From contig RDEW01000012.1 of the NCBI GenBank assembly GCA_011109175.1, positions 908,552 through 972,551 of the forward strand: DNA of 64,000 nt, read 5' to 3'. Positions 1 through 13,224 of this stretch are shown here, piece by piece. Under the pieces are notes generated by a model. The model made no database searches. It was not told the DNA's origin and saw nothing but the letters and a program-made list of their open reading frames with translations. This stretch comes from Dicyema japonicum. Its lineage: Eukaryota > Animalia > Dicyemida. The translations under genes and the position numbers were made by a program. The number at the start of each line of letters is the position of its first letter. Within the stretch, counting starts at the first letter, position 1.

Positions 1-602
1 CTGCCCTTCTTTAAAGTAGTTGACTTATTTATTCGATCATTTTGTTGGAATTATTTATCATAATAAGCTTGGTTAGATAAGCCATTTCCTTTAAGTAAAC
101 AATTTATTAACATAAAGTTGGTATGACAGGTCTCTGTTATGGCCTGAACACGCAATGGGAGTTACCTCAGCCCAATGTTCTGGAAAACCCCTCATGTCGT
201 TCTCTGTTCATCTTTCCGCTTTTTCACAAGCCGTCCATTAAATCTATACGTGCTCGGACAACAAAGCCAGACGTATTGGCTGGAAAACGAACCTGTCTTT
301 CTTTAATTAGTCGTTTTTATTTACTCCCTGGGACTTTTTAAGTCTTATGTCATCTCTTATTGTGTGAGCTCTTTTGATCCAGAAATCTTTTATCTGGGTT
401 TTGGGTGAGCTGTGGGGTGCCAACCTGAAATGTTAGTACAAATGCATGTTTACAAATTGGTAGGAAACTGGGAGTAAACATCGAGGAATCTGTATCCCTT
501 GGACGGTACTTCCTTCAAGACCGAGCATGAAAAGACCGCTGAGAGAACTATGGATCATCTGAATTTTTCATTCTACTTTTGTCTCATGTCAGCTTGGAAA
601 TA

Positions 603-670
603 TTATTACTATTACCCCCGGATCACAAGGTTAAAAGGAATAGAAAATTCTTAACTCACTAAGTGACTCA
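603..670 (-). mobile_element. 3' terminal remnant (hairpin + AATA tail) of the APE-RT LINE family
   Basis: Minus strand GAGTCAC-TTAG...GTGATCC-GGGGG-TAATAGTAATA matches the 3' end motif seen on longer RT-bearing copies (7633, 17748, 47344). Confidence 0.55.
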
Positions 671-935
671 TACCAATACAGGGAAAGTCCTATCCGAAGT
701 GAACAAGACTCCTGAATGACTCTATAGAAGGGAATTAATATTTCAATTTAAAGTCTTATTTTTTATATACAAAATAAACTTCTGCATATTATTACAAGAT
801 TTTGGATATCTGTTTTTATTCCATTAAGGACCACATACATGCCTTCTTCAATTCCTATGCCTGGTTTTCAAATATGGAAGATTTGATATCGATGTGAGTT
901 ATCCTGAATAATATTAATTTTTAGTGAAATACAGC

Positions 936-998
936 TTATTTATTATCCCCGGATACACCGAGAAAGTAGATAAAGCAAACAACTAATTAAGTGTATCC
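936..998 (-). mobile_element. 3' terminal remnant of the APE-RT LINE family
   Basis: Minus strand GGATACAC-TTAATTAG...GTGTATCC-GGGG-ATAATAAATAA; perfect 8-bp stem at 951-958/991-998. Confidence 0.6.
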
Positions 999-1678
999 AG
1001 TTTCCACTTCCACATAAACAGAGTCCATCCGGAATCAACATAAAGGGTAAAAGACGTCCATAATTGCAGTTGTGGAAACCCCTCCAGTGGAGTGGGGGCA
1101 ATACAGCTTACAGAGAAAAAAACTGCCTTTAAATTGCACCAGAAAACGTGATAATATACGCATATTACTCGACAAATATTGTCAGACCCCTTCCTATCGA
1201 AAGCAATCGTACTTATATATGAAAGATTGAGTGTTCAGAACCAAGTTCTTAGCTGTGATTCATTGCCCGTAAACGGATATTATATAATTTGAAGTATTTA
1301 CATCGTCTCCTCTTGTAATTTTTTGCAAGAGAATATCTATGCTATACACAATTACTTGATTAAACTAGAGGATTACTCGAACGATTCCGGACCCCTGGTG
1401 GTTCAAAGTGACCTCTTTGCGAATCATGGTCGATTTCTACTCCCAGAATTTTAATTGAAAATCTTCAAGTCATCACTCGTTTCGAATTCAGTCGATTTTA
1501 AAGGGACAACTGTACCATTGGTAATGATTCATCTTCCAAACTCATTTGTAGGGATATTAGTGATCATTTAGCTGTAATGGCTGTTTGGCTGTCCAGATTG
1601 ACCTCATTGTAACATCTGGGATCATCACCTGTCAATCAAAATAATATATAAATTCCAGATTTTACAAAGAAAAAACTA

Positions 1679-2166
1679 ATGATTTTCTACTTATTTTCAA
1701 TCATCTTCACCTTCTGTCAAGCCGAGCCAAGCTGTGGACCCGACAATGAGTTCTGTATTGCTACAGCTTCACCGAGAAAGACCCACTAAGAATAAGCTGC
1801 TCCCCCGACTTGAATGCAATGTAGTTGATTACTCATTCTCTCAGAGTTATCGGACATTCTACGATCCCCAAACTGTTAAAGAGCCACATTTCCAAGACCT
1901 GCTCCCACATTAAAAATATGTTGTCCTGGGACTAACCGTTTAGCGAATTCCGTAGCTCAACTATTGGCTACATTGGAAACAAGGCGTTTTCCGGGCTTAC
2001 GAACGTCGAGGACATGTAGCCACTTTCATAATAAATAGTGGTTTCTCAAGGACGACTGTTAAAAGATTGAGGATGACTGCCTTCAGAGGAGTCAGGTCTC
2101 TCAGACAAATGTAATTTTATTTGTAATTTCAGCCATGTCGGGAAAAACTCAGAAGTCACAATAGTT
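1679..2166 (+). pseudogene. Secreted LRR protein, copy 1 (frameshifted relative to copy 2)
   Basis: Signal-peptide-like MIFYLFSIIFTFCQAEP, same tiny introns as copy 2, LRR exon IEFRSSTIGYIGNKAFSGLTNVED; 1-nt indels in exon 1 and exon 4. Confidence 0.55.
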
Positions 2167-2849
2167 TAGGCTAATTTAGTAATCACTAACAAATGGAGTT
2201 TTCCTGATATTAACGATGATCTTTACTTTCTATTCTGTAGACTAAGCTCCACGTTTTCCTGAGGTTCCCTGTGTTATTCCGTAGATACTACGGAGTAGTC
2301 CTTCATGAAGACATTTTATGATTTGTCCATTCTAATTCTCACACGTGGCCAAATTGATTCCGACATCTAGTTATAGCTCGAGTACATTTTTTATGTAAAG
2401 TTTCCCCTTAAGAGGATATGTCTGGGAGTTATTGACTTTAAGGCTAGCTAATAGTCTGTGATGACTTGGAAGATGTGAGGTTTATACCACTTTGTAGTGG
2501 TTTTCCTAACTTTTCACGCATGTTTAGACGAAAGATGATAGGCGAATATGGTCGACCTCTACTCCCAGAATTTGGATTGAAGATCCGTCCTGCATTAAAT
2601 GTGTTAAATTATTACCTTAAGTATTATGAAAGTCACTACCTCAACGCCAGTCATCACTCGTGTCTAGTTCAGTCGATTTTCAAGGGACAACTGTACCATA
2701 GGTAATGATTTATCTTAGCTCATTCGCAGCGATATTAGTTATCATTTAGCTGTAATGGCTGTTTGGCTGTCCAGATTGACCTCATTGTAAGATCTGGGTC
2801 ACCTGTCTATCAAAATTATATATAAATTCAAGATTTTACGAAAAATCTA

Positions 2850-3340
2850 ATGATTTTCTACTTATTTTCAATCATCTTCACTTTCTGCCAAGCCACGCCA
2901 AAATGTAGACCCGACAATGATGTTCTGTATTGCTACAGCTTCACCGAGAAAGACCCACTAAGAATAAGCTGCTTCCCCAATTTGAATTCAATGTAGTTGA
3001 TTACTCATTCTCTCAGAGTTATCGGACATTCTACGATCCCCAAACTGTCAGAGAGAGACAGTTTCAACAACTGCTCCCACATTAAATATCTGTTGTCCTG
3101 GGACTAACCGTTTAGCGAATTACATAGCTCAACTATTGACTACATTGGAAACAAGGCGTTTTCCGGGCTTACGAACGTCGAGTACATGTACCCACTTTCA
3201 TAATAAATAGTGATTTTCTTAGGATGACTGTTAAAAAATTGAAGATGAATGCTTTCAATAGACTCAATTCTCTCAAAAAAATGTAACTTTATTTGTAATT
3301 TCAGCCATGTCGGGGAAAGCTCAGAAGTCACAATAGTTTA
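2850..3340 (+). CDS. Secreted leucine-rich-repeat protein (LGR/glycoprotein-hormone-receptor-like ectodomain), 3' end unresolved
   Basis: Spliced ORF MIFYLFSIIFTFCQATPKCRPDNDVLYCYSF...LELHSSTIDYIGNKAFSGLTNVEYIDFLRMTVKKLKMNAFNRLNSLKKI; phase-2 introns 2993-3016, 3092-3115, 3188-3210, 3283-3304; exons 75/72/72 nt; TATA-like TATATAAA ~30 nt upstream. Confidence 0.6.
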
Positions 3341-3759
3341 GGCTAATTTAGTAATCACTAACAAATGGAGTTTTCCTGATATTAACGATGATCTTTACTT
3401 TCTATTCTGTAGACTAAGCTCCACGTTTTCCTGAGGTCCATATGTTATTCCGTAGATACTACGGAGTAGTCCTTCATGAAGACATTTTATGATGTGTTCA
3501 TTCTAATTCTCACACGTGGCCAAATTGATTCTGACATCTAGTTATAGCTCGAGGACATTTTTTATGTAAAGTTTCCCCTTAAGAGGATATGTCTGGGAGT
3601 TATTGACTTTAAGGCTAGCTAATAGTCTGTGATGACTTGGAAGATGTAAGGTTTATACCACTTTGTAGTGGTTTTCCAAACTTTTCTGCCATGTTACTTA
3701 AATTACGTTGAAAACTTGAAATACTCTAGAAATGGATGGGGACCTACAAAATGTGTAGA

Positions 3760-4414
3760 TCTCCGAGTGTTAACTGTCCTTAAAGCCTACAAAAGGGGTT
3801 CCCAAGCATTTTCATCCATATTCTGATGGCACATCGTTTAAAGGGGAGTGCTGCATGGATCTATTTTAATCTCCCTGTTATTCAAAGTATTTATGGAAGA
3901 TTTTTCGTTACCGCTAGACGTCAGGACCAAGCTGATAATATACGCTGATGACATTTTAATCTTGGATTCGTCTTTGAGGACATATCTTTTAGAGTAGAGA
4001 CTAGGAGATTTTGTTAGCAGAGTCCAGGATTGGTGTGATCGGAGAGCCCTGAGATTCTCTACGGAAAAATCCAGTTATTTACGGATAAGCAGGCTGGATA
4101 GGCATCACGAAGAGCCTTGCACTCTTCACATACCAAGAGTTTCGTCCCTGAAATACCTTGGAATTGTAGTTGATGGGAGAGGATCATATCTAAAGGACAT
4201 CGAAGAGCAAAGAAAGAAGGCTGTGCAAGCACTGTTCTGCACTAGAAGCCTAAAGTTTGATGGTGATACCATTCGAAAAGGAGGAGTACCGAAACATTTG
4301 GATCGATTAGCATTCCAACCTATTTTCGCTGAAAAGTCTGAAATTATTGGCCCGAGCACGTCTGAGTTTATCAGGTTAATCAGGAGACATGCAGGACTGG
4401 AGAAGGGTCATTAG
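3760..4414 (+). mobile_element. Degraded non-LTR reverse transcriptase fragment
   Basis: GVLHGSILISLLFKVFMEDF...IIYADDILILD readable across frameshifts. Confidence 0.7.
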
Positions 4415-4501
4415 AAGGAGACTCTATGGTTTCCCAGGTTTCTAAGCCAATTTCCATTGTTGGAATTGTGTTTCTATTTATGGATATGTTGCATATTTGT
4501 G

Positions 4502-5300
4502 TTACTGCTGTGAGTGCTTTATCATTCTATCCAGTTCCTTTTTTTGCTGAATTCTGTTTCTCTTCTCAGGGGTTTTGATCTTCGAGAGGGTGTTCCACAT
4601 GATTGGCAGGGACCTCTGTTTGTTCAACGCGGAGATTATCTTTATCCATTCTTCCACTTCTTTTTCATAGTGATGTTCTTTTTCGTTATCCATCACTCGG
4701 ATTCTGCATCTAATTTCTGGTGATGGTCCTTGAATACTCTTGAGACGATTACGTTCATTCATAATCTTCGTTTGTGGTCAAAACATTTAATGTAGGATTT
4801 GATTGACCTTTCTCTGATGAATACCTACATTTCCTTCAGGATCTCTCTGCTAACATGGGAAACTGCATCATCGAGTGTCCACAAATTGAGCATAATCTTT
4901 CCAATTAACATTTCTGTATTTCAGGAAAGTGTTTGTCTTGTTTGACCGTGCCATTCATCCGAATGAAAATAGTATTGTGGTCGCTCGGGAAGTCATAAGT
5001 CACAGACCAGTTGGCAGGAGAAGCAATGGATGAGAGAGATTTCCTCTTGTACCAGATCGTTGAGGTCTCCACATATCAACAAATGTTGGTATTGGTGGAA
5101 CACATCCAGGGATAAGGTAAACTCCTTTGGACAGGAGCTGGTAGGGGGAATGTACATGTTAAAAATTGTAATATTTCCCATGTTTGTTTGAATGGAGATC
5201 CCAATGTATTCCATGGGAGATGGAGGATCATAATGCAAAGACGTTGTTGTATGCCCAATCTCTCTTTTGAAGGAGTAATGACTCCTCCACGGCCAAGGAG
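4502..5300 (-). mobile_element. Degraded non-LTR fragment: APE endonuclease and linker
   Basis: NMYIPP and LLICGDLN APE motifs (4993-5307), followed by helical linker (4502-4762). Confidence 0.7.
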
Positions 5301-5309
5301 TGTCCAAAT

Positions 5310-6105
5310 TATTATTATTATTTAAAGCACTCCCGAGAAGTCATAAAATTAATCAAGCCTCCCTTGTGCCGTATTTCTAGCCATCCTCTCTATCAGCCTT
5401 TTCCAGGACCCTCTACTTCGTGCCCGTTCCCTTAAGGTATCTAGGTCGTCTGCGGAAGTGAGCTTCAGTCCCACAGCCGACAGGTCTCCATTCAAAATAG
5501 TTGGGAGTGTGACTCTTGGTCTTCCACGGAAACCGGCTCCCGTATGCATTAGGTAGTTTTCCATGGCGATATTCGCGGGTACTTGAGCATTTAGACGTAA
5601 GATATGTCCAAAGAGACTCCATCTTGATCTGAAGATCTCCTCGGATAGTATACCAGATTTGCACTTCGAGTAGAGGTCATTGTTTGAGATCTTCTTAGGC
5701 CACTTGATCTTGATTACTGATTTCAATTGTGTCCTGTGGAAAGCGTCAAGACGGTCCATCTCTTGTTTAGAGATTCCCCAAGTACCTGAATTGTAAGTCA
5801 GGACGGGGATGACAAAAGCCTTATATATTCTGAGTTTGGTGTTTAATCCCATCCTCTTCTTATGACCCCACATATTCGATACTTTCTTTAGTGCACACAT
5901 TGCGAGGATTTTCCTCCGAGAAACATCTTCTGAGTCCCCGAGAAGCGAACCCACCTTCTTTTGCTTTCTCCAAGACTCGTCCGATCTTCGATCATTGCGT
6001 GTAAGTGTTGTGAACTCTGTTTTATCGGTGTTAACGGTTAAGAACCATTTCGAGAATACGTGTGGAAGAACGTTAAGCATGTGTTGAAGTACTTGAATAT
6101 CCTCA
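5310..6105 (-). mobile_element. 5'-truncated RTE-clade LINE
   Basis: ORF 5349-6080 with TKLRIYKAFVIPVLTYNSGTW, LDAFHR, WSLFGHILR; (TAA)n tail at ~5308-5322; candidate 8-bp TSD GTCCAAAT at 5302-5309 and 6106-6113. Confidence 0.85.
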
Positions 6106-6189
6106 GTCCAAATACGGTTTTTAAAATAATTTCATATTTTTTAATCACATCAAAATTAAATTATTTATTTTTATAATTAAAAGTCAATT

Positions 6190-6660
6190 AGGATTCGCTT
6201 GTTGTTCTAGGATTCATGACGTCTCAACAGCAAATGTGACAAACAAATGATTCTCCGAAATGCTCAGGTACTTCATTCTCTTCTGATCCTTGGCTTACTT
6301 AAAGCATGACCTGAGTCAGAGACTGAAGCGGTTAAACTATTCTGAGAGTATGCATCAACACATGTAGTGTCCCAAACCAGGTTCCGACCATTAGCAAAAG
6401 GGAATAGTGTCATCGCGTGGATGAGAATCAAATTGCAGTGGTGGCCAGCATAGGAAATGCGATTTTCAACATCACGCTGAGACAGGCATGCCTTCGAAAC
6501 CTGCACGATAGTGCATGGTAGCCATTTGAATCGATCAAACGTCCACAACGACATTTTCTCTCAGAATACACTTTAATACCAAGACGGAGCGAGGCGGCTA
6601 TTCTCACTGTCTCATCATCCGGGGGTTCCAAATTCAGCTCAAGGATAGGCATTCAACCAG
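6190..6660 (-). mobile_element. CRE-type (restriction-like endonuclease) retrotransposon, C-terminal fragment
   Basis: IAASLRLG..KCRCG..GYHALSCR zinc-knuckle region and LVWDTTCVD motif. Confidence 0.8.
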
Positions 6661-6779
6661 GCACCATTATAATTAAACGCGTAATTTTCGTTGTTAATGA
6701 TTAAACAGAATTGTACAATTTTGAAAAAATTCGAAAGCTAGAAATTATGAAATTTATTCGGGTTCACTAACAAACCCAG

Positions 6780-7682
6780 GCACAAAAAACAATTCTATGT
6801 TCTGTAGACATTCACTAGGCATTCGACTTCATCCCAAGAAAAAGGCTCACCAGGAAAATCTATCATACGGATATATCTGGGAATTTCAAACTCTGGTTGG
6901 TGAATTCCTCAGTAGACGAAGAGGAAGAGTCTGTTTGGGAAACCTACGGTCGAGTTCCAGGTTAATTCCAAATGGAATACCCCAAGGATCTCTTCTGTCC
7001 CCTATACTCTTCAACCTTTTCTTTAATGATATCCCGATTCTGGAGCATGAAGATGACCTTTTACTTGTAAACTGCTTAATCTACTGGTTAAATTAAAACA
7101 GTCTGTCGATCAGCCCGGAAAAATCGGTTACGTCTCTCTTTACCTTTGATAAGAGAATATCCAACAGGACAGAGGATATGGAAGCAAGTTACCATTCCAA
7201 AAATGGCAGAAGATCTTCGAAGTAGTATTCGACACCCATATGACTTTCTTTACATGGGAAATGTTTTAAACAAACGTGAATTGAAAATCAATTTCTTGAA
7301 GGGGATCTCTAGTTTATGGAAGATTGGAAGTCATCCCGTTCGGAAATCACTATACAGTCAGTACGTCGAGCCATCATATGCATGTGCATCATGGGTCCCT
7401 CAATTTCTTGGACGAATGCCCAGAGAATTGCGACAACTCAAAAAGAGCGTTTTTCGTGATAGAAAACTGGATCAAAGACGATCTAAATTATACACCTACC
7501 TCCTTGGAAGACCTAATAAAAAGAAAAGGAGGCCAAACTCAACGATACCAGAGGATCACTTGTCCAATGCGTGTTTGATTTGGATCGAAGGAAGACCATC
7601 GGGCCAAGCTGAGAGCCTTATTGGAATTCGCCGGGATTACATAATTTTTTGTTTTGTCTTTAACTGTGGTCTTTGGAAATAA
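6780..7682 (+). mobile_element. Ingi/Vingi-like APE-RT LINE, 5'-truncated
   Basis: NGIPQGSLLSPILFNLFFND RT motif; LYSQYVEPSYACASW post-RT motif; family 3' hairpin at 7633-7673. Confidence 0.8.
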
Positions 7683-9638
7683 ATTTCAGCAAAATTAAGA
7701 TTTCTCGGATTTCAGTATTTCTTTTTTTCAAGCGTGTAATCCACCTATGTCACCCGTCATTTGAAATTTGAGTCAGAGGACAGTGAATATGTGGAAAGCC
7801 GAGGAGCAATGATTAACGTATTATTTTATCCAAGGTGCTTCACTAAAACGTATTAACGAGTTTACAGTCGTTGATGACTCGAAAGGTTAAAAATGGACTA
7901 ACTTGCGAAAACCCTATGGAGAGTCATCGACAGATATCTTTTCAAATGAATAAGTAGAGACTAGGTCACGTGATGTTAGTCAGACTTCACGTGATATTCC
8001 ATAAAGTCATTTATTATCAGAAAATAAAAAATTATAATGTTTCAAAAGTTTCATCTACAAAAATTAATTACGTACAACAATCCTAAAAAAGCGTGGATGG
8101 ATTAGGAACAGTTCGACACATTCCTGATTGAAACATTTAGTTAGACATGAAGAACTATACAGGATCCAATCACAGAGCAAGAGTTTCTTCATTTTTTAAG
8201 CAGTTGGATAAAATTAGAAATAAAGATATACCCAGACCAATTTTGTCCCAATCGTCTTCGAAACCTCTGGAGTGGTTCGGACTTGTCGGAAAGCAATCAT
8301 CGAATGGTTTGGAGACCACCGCGAGTGATGTTGGTATAGACAACGGTTAAGAATGTCCTGACTATGTGGAAATGGGTTATGTCTTTAAACAACTGAAGAT
8401 TTAATGATAATCGATGATAATCTGTCCTGTCCACCTGCGACTGAGACAAAAACAATGAAACAAAGACCTCCTGAGATCAGCGCTTCTGAATCGTCGCTCC
8501 CAAGGACTATCAGAGTGGCTCCCCCACCTACGGTGTAGACATCATCCATCTCTGAGTGGAAGATAAGTTCGAGATCTCTTTGCTTGTCTTGGACCACCAA
8601 GAACTGGGAGATCTCTGGAACGACCTTACTTGGTGGAGCTCTCTCTTCCTAACGGTATCAACTCCCTAAAGTGGGTTAACGATTTAATTAACAGTCTAAT
8701 CCTCAGATAATCTAGGCTTACTTAAATTATTCCAAATTAATCACAATTTATAACTTTTCCCATGAAATTACATTATTTTTAATTTTATCCATAAATCACA
8801 CAATTACTGCTTTTTTAACGTCAAAAATCTATTTATTCCACAATAATTACTATGCGCCAGATTGTCATAGAATAATACTTGTCTGCCAATATTAATCTCC
8901 TTAAGTCATTAATTACACTTACAAAGATATATCATCCCTTAACGGATAAGGGCTTCTCACAACCTTCTTTCTAAGACCTCTTGAGTTTTTAGGTCGGTTC
9001 GGTGAGAAGGCAAAGTTCTCAAAACAAAAAGAACTAAACTGAAAAAGGCATCTTCCAACATTTGCCATGAGAGTTTTTTGCCCGGCCCTACATGGTTCTG
9101 CGAAAAGGACCCCTCAGGAACGAGGAGAACCGAGAACAAGAGAGTTGCTCACCAGAACATTGTCCTATTGGGTAGACTCAATAACCATTCTTAATGACTG
9201 CTACCATAATTACAGTAAGGCCCTTTAGTTTGTCAAATAACATAAAATGCCCAATAAACCGTTTGATGCTAAGCAAAATAATTAACTGGGCAATAAATCA
9301 AGGACCAACAATGGAATAAGACACAATTAATTCTACAATAATAGACAACAAACTAGACTCTGAAAACATAAACTAACCGACAATCACCATAGACAAATGC
9401 ACAAAACTGGCAACACCAAGGGATTGTCCACAAAAAATCTAGCCACAACAATTCCCAGGAATTCCCGCCTTCAGTAAAAAACACAGTCGTCTGATAGCTT
9501 AAGGGGTTTGCATCAATCTAAAAGTACAGCAATCCTAGAAATCTATTAATAACAGTTCACTCAGTCAATAACAGATAAGTGGCATACAAGAACTATACTA
9601 AGCTAAAATATAAAAGATAATTAATTAGAGTCAATTCA

Positions 9639-10376
9639 CTACTCGAGGTCCTCACGTGGGATGGATTCTATTTGCTCCAAAATGGACTCTGAAAGCTCCT
9701 TGAATTGCAACTTCAGCATCTTAATTTCTTTTCTCTGTTGGAGACGGGTTTTTTTCAGTGACGAAATTGTAGACGTGGCTTCCTTCAAAATAGTCATCCG
9801 CGTGGCCTTTTTACAGGCAAGCGACGGAATGGAATTCTTTAGGTCGTCCATATAACTGGCGATCTCTCTCCTTCGCTGTCTCTCCCGCACATTATGGTAT
9901 GTTTTCTTATTGTAGTAAGAATTCAAGTAATATCCCTCCACATCGAAGCACATTGTATCCTCAGTTTTTACCGGGTCCTCGGCTACAGTCACAAACTGAT
10001 CCCTCGAAGGCTGAGGCATCATTGAAAAGTCGTAATTTTGAGGGGACGGGCACTCCTGTTTGATTTCTAAGATAAAAATTAAGTTAATTGGTCTGAAAAT
10101 ATAAGAAGGAAATAAAGAACTCACCAGTTATCAAAACGGGGGCTCAAAGTTTGAATCGATTTTGTCATAATTTTGTGTGTCAAACAAATCGTTGAATTGG
10201 TCGTTATTATAAAAGTTCATACTTTCCCAGATATTGTACGTTTCCGGGCAGAAGTCGGGAAGCTGGATTTCTGGGTTGTAAGAATCAAGGATGTCGTCAT
10301 CAAAACTCCAATCGGGGTTACTCGGAAACAGATTATTTGGACTTTCGAGGAGAAAACTAGGGAAACCGCTATCCAT
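9639..10376 (-). CDS. myc: Myc-like bHLH-ZIP transcription factor (~226 aa)
   Basis: bHLH KKTYHNVRERQRRREIASYMDDLKNSIPSLACKKATRMTILKEATSTISSL resembles Myc (HNVLERQRR...ILKKAT) plus heptad zipper; intron 10067-10124 (GTGAG..TTAG); needs one extra base in the C5/T4 run at 10133-10142. Confidence 0.7.
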
Positions 10377-11462
10377 GACAGAAATATATAAACACGCGGT
10401 TTTCATTTAAAATTACTTTGTCTGTGGCGCAGATGACGCATAACAAAATAAAAGGGCATCTCTTACAAATTGATCCCCCGTCAACTTTGATTGAGTCCAC
10501 CCAAATATAAGGACCAATGAACCCTGATAAGCTCACCCAGACATTCATGGACGTTAAATCCGTCAAATAATCGATTTATGATAATCAGATTGAATATATA
10601 AACGACATTAATTTCACGCTTGGAGTGTTTTGAAATATTCTTTAGAAATTCTTACTCATTTAGTACTTTTGTGGTTTTGATAATGAATAGGACACCCAAA
10701 TAAGTTGTATTGACAAATCAGTGAGTAATTCATCTTGACAGGCCAATTTGATATTTAAGTGTATTAATTACCTATTCCGGTTGTTGAACATGACATGTGG
10801 GTACATTTTATTGCCATGTCCACAATCTGCTGATAGTATTAAAAATATTGATTATGACAATTTGAATTAAATTTGAATAATTATGACAATCCCTTTTACC
10901 CGTTGGGAAGACCGACGTTGAAACGCTGCAAGTCTCTGACTTTCTCGGTGATGCAACATTTCTATTGAAATTGGGAACTTCGTCGATTTTTCGAAAAACT
11001 CGGAAAACTAATCTCAGGAACCTTCGCGACGATGCTTATCTACACATCAAGATTTATAAAAAAATGCTTGAAATTCTAAATTCGAGTATTAGGTAACGCG
11101 TAACACCTGTAGTTGGAAGAATTATTGATAAATGGAATTAAAAATGAAATTGATAAGACTCTGGGACCCCCACAAACGGAATTTGTCATTGTCCGCGAAA
11201 CGGTAATTGTCGTGCCCATTATTTAGGCTCCTTAATGGTTAGGCACTTTCCTCTGAGATTACTGTCGATATAAGCTCTCGAAGCCAACCCGTCTCGAGTT
11301 GATTCTTGTTAACCTTTTGGATCATTGAACCGATCAACGGAGTAGGTAGTCCCCTGTGAGTCAGGGATTCCTGACGTCTCCACACCGAAAAGTAAAGGTA
11401 AATGATCTTTGACTTTCTTGTAACGTCAAATTTATTAATTTGTTAAATTAAAATTAATTCGA

Positions 11463-12510
11463 AAGACCATTGTTAAACCGAAAAAAACTAAGTGATCCCG
11501 ACGAATTGGATCATGGCTTTCATCTTTGCTCGGTGTTGATCCCTTGAGCCTACACAAGCTCGGTGCGGGCGAGCACTTCCTTTTTGGCATTGGTGTCCAT
11601 TTTTGTTTTTTACGATTAATGTCTCCAAGGGCGTCGGTGATTTGATGTTTTCCCTTGTATACCATCTCTCAGTTAGTTTGAAGGCCCTTTTCTGGGTTGC
11701 GAAAATTTTCTGGATGTTCGTATAAGAGGCCAGTGGTCCCCATAAAGTACACGCAAATGAAATGCATGGTTTGATGTACTGTGAGTAGAGCGTTTTAAGT
11801 ATAGGGTGATGTCCAATTTTCCATGGACCTGTTAGGCATTTCAGAAGGTTGATTTTCTCACATTTGTTCAACACGTTGTAACATGTGCGTATCGAAAGTT
11901 AGACCCAATATTTTTTGCATTTGCTGAAAGGCAATCCTCTTCACAGTAACTTCTATTCTCCTGTTCGACAATCTTTTGTCAGAGGTATAGAGAAGTTGTA
12001 ACAGATTTTTCGGTATTGATTGACATACGATTTTCATTAAACTACTCGAGTAGTCGATCCATGTGGTGTTGTATTCTTTCCGTCGCTGTTTGGATGTTCA
12101 GATCCCGTGAGGCCAAGATGATATCGTCTGCATAAGCCAGAAGCAGGTCGTCTTCTCCATTCGGCGTCGGATTGTCAGCCGTAAATAAGTTAAATAAGAA
12201 TGGTGATAGCGGCGAACCCTGGGGTACTCCATTTGGAAATAAACGGGAGACAGAACAAATGTTTCCAATGCACACTCTACCTCTCCGTCCGCTAAGGAAG
12301 TTAGTCAGCCAGCGTTTGAGGTTTTCAGGGATATATGATTGGTAGATTTTCCATGTTAGATTTTTCCTCGGCAGAGTCGAAAGTTTTGTGGACGTCCAGT
12401 GAACATGACACAGTTTTCTGGTGTATTGGCTTGCACAGAAATCCAGAGCGAATAAAGTTAGTCAGGGAGCTGAGGAAGCTGTTGTGGACCGATACTTTTT
12501 GAAGCCATGC
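11463..12510 (-). mobile_element. Ingi/Vingi-like APE-RT LINE, degraded
   Basis: NGVPQGSPLSPFLFNLF and LAYADD (12042-12275); LYSQYIKPCISFACTLW; 3' hairpin 11463-11499. Confidence 0.85.
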
Positions 12511-12765
12511 TTCTCGTTAATCCTTTTTTTCTGGCAAGCATTCCTCCGAGTTCGCGCAAGAACTCAGCCGTCATTGGACCAACGGCTCCTGATGACTCGA
12601 CCGCAACAGGAATAAATCGGTACCGGTCTCCGAGGAAAGAATATTTCTTGATTTTTAGGTTTTCCGCAATTGAAGCAGCTGCTTCAGTGTCTGAACCGAT
12701 TTAAAAAGGTTTGTATTTGAATATGTGTCAACACAAGTTGCCTCCCAGACCAAAGATCTTCCTGA
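12510..12765 (-). mobile_element. CRE-type retrotransposon 3' fragment
   Basis: Nucleotide similarity to 47490-47760; AAASIAENLKIKKY..GDRYRFIPVAVESSG readable. Confidence 0.7.
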
Positions 12766-12861
12766 TGTGTAAGGGATAAGGGTCATCATAAATTCAATTA
12801 ACGTCAAAATTTGACTTTCCAAGGTTGCGTCCGATTTATCAATTTATTATCCTTGACCAAC

Positions 12862-13224
12862 TCAATAACTAAATCCTCTGATGAAGACTACCATTATGAA
12901 AACTCTTCCGCCGATGAATGAAGTGATGTCCGCGGAAGGACGTGTAATGAAATAGAAAAGAATAAACCTACTTCTCCACCTCTCTTCTGAAGCGGAAGCC
13001 TGTAATGGACTAACGGAGGATTGATTTGGTGGCGCAAACAAATGTTCTCCCTTGGGTTTCTTCATTGTATTAATTAGTGTGACTGTGCTGGACTTACTAA
13101 AGATTGCAAGCTTGGGTTTAATAAATCCATAAAAAGTTTTTGTCCTCTTCAAGAACCTGAAACATTAGGTTACAGACCAAGAATTCCACGAATTCCATTG
13201 GTCCCTGCAGTTGTCAGCTATCAT
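12862..13224 (-). CDS. Possible short/truncated spliced gene of unknown function
   Basis: ATG at 13224, a 21-nt GT..CTAAT..CAG intron-like segment (13156-13176) leading into ORF 12862-13152; no family recognised. Confidence 0.25.

Larger units (their letters stand above)
1419..3686 (+). repeat. Tandem segmental duplication, units 1419-2515 and 2542-3686
   Basis: Two collinear, highly similar ~1.1-kb copies; the second carries an extra ~55-nt insert near 2585-2650. Confidence 0.95.

Noticed and set aside
3338-3340. Stop-codon reassignment suggested by the shared TAG in the LRR genes
   Set aside because: TAG, TAA and TGA all terminate conserved genes in this window.
10126-10223. 80-nt GTATGA..TTTGAG intron plus 18-nt microexon to repair the Myc frame
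   Set aside because: Frame-compatible but the segment looks coding and a one-base homopolymer error is simpler; not excluded without cDNA.
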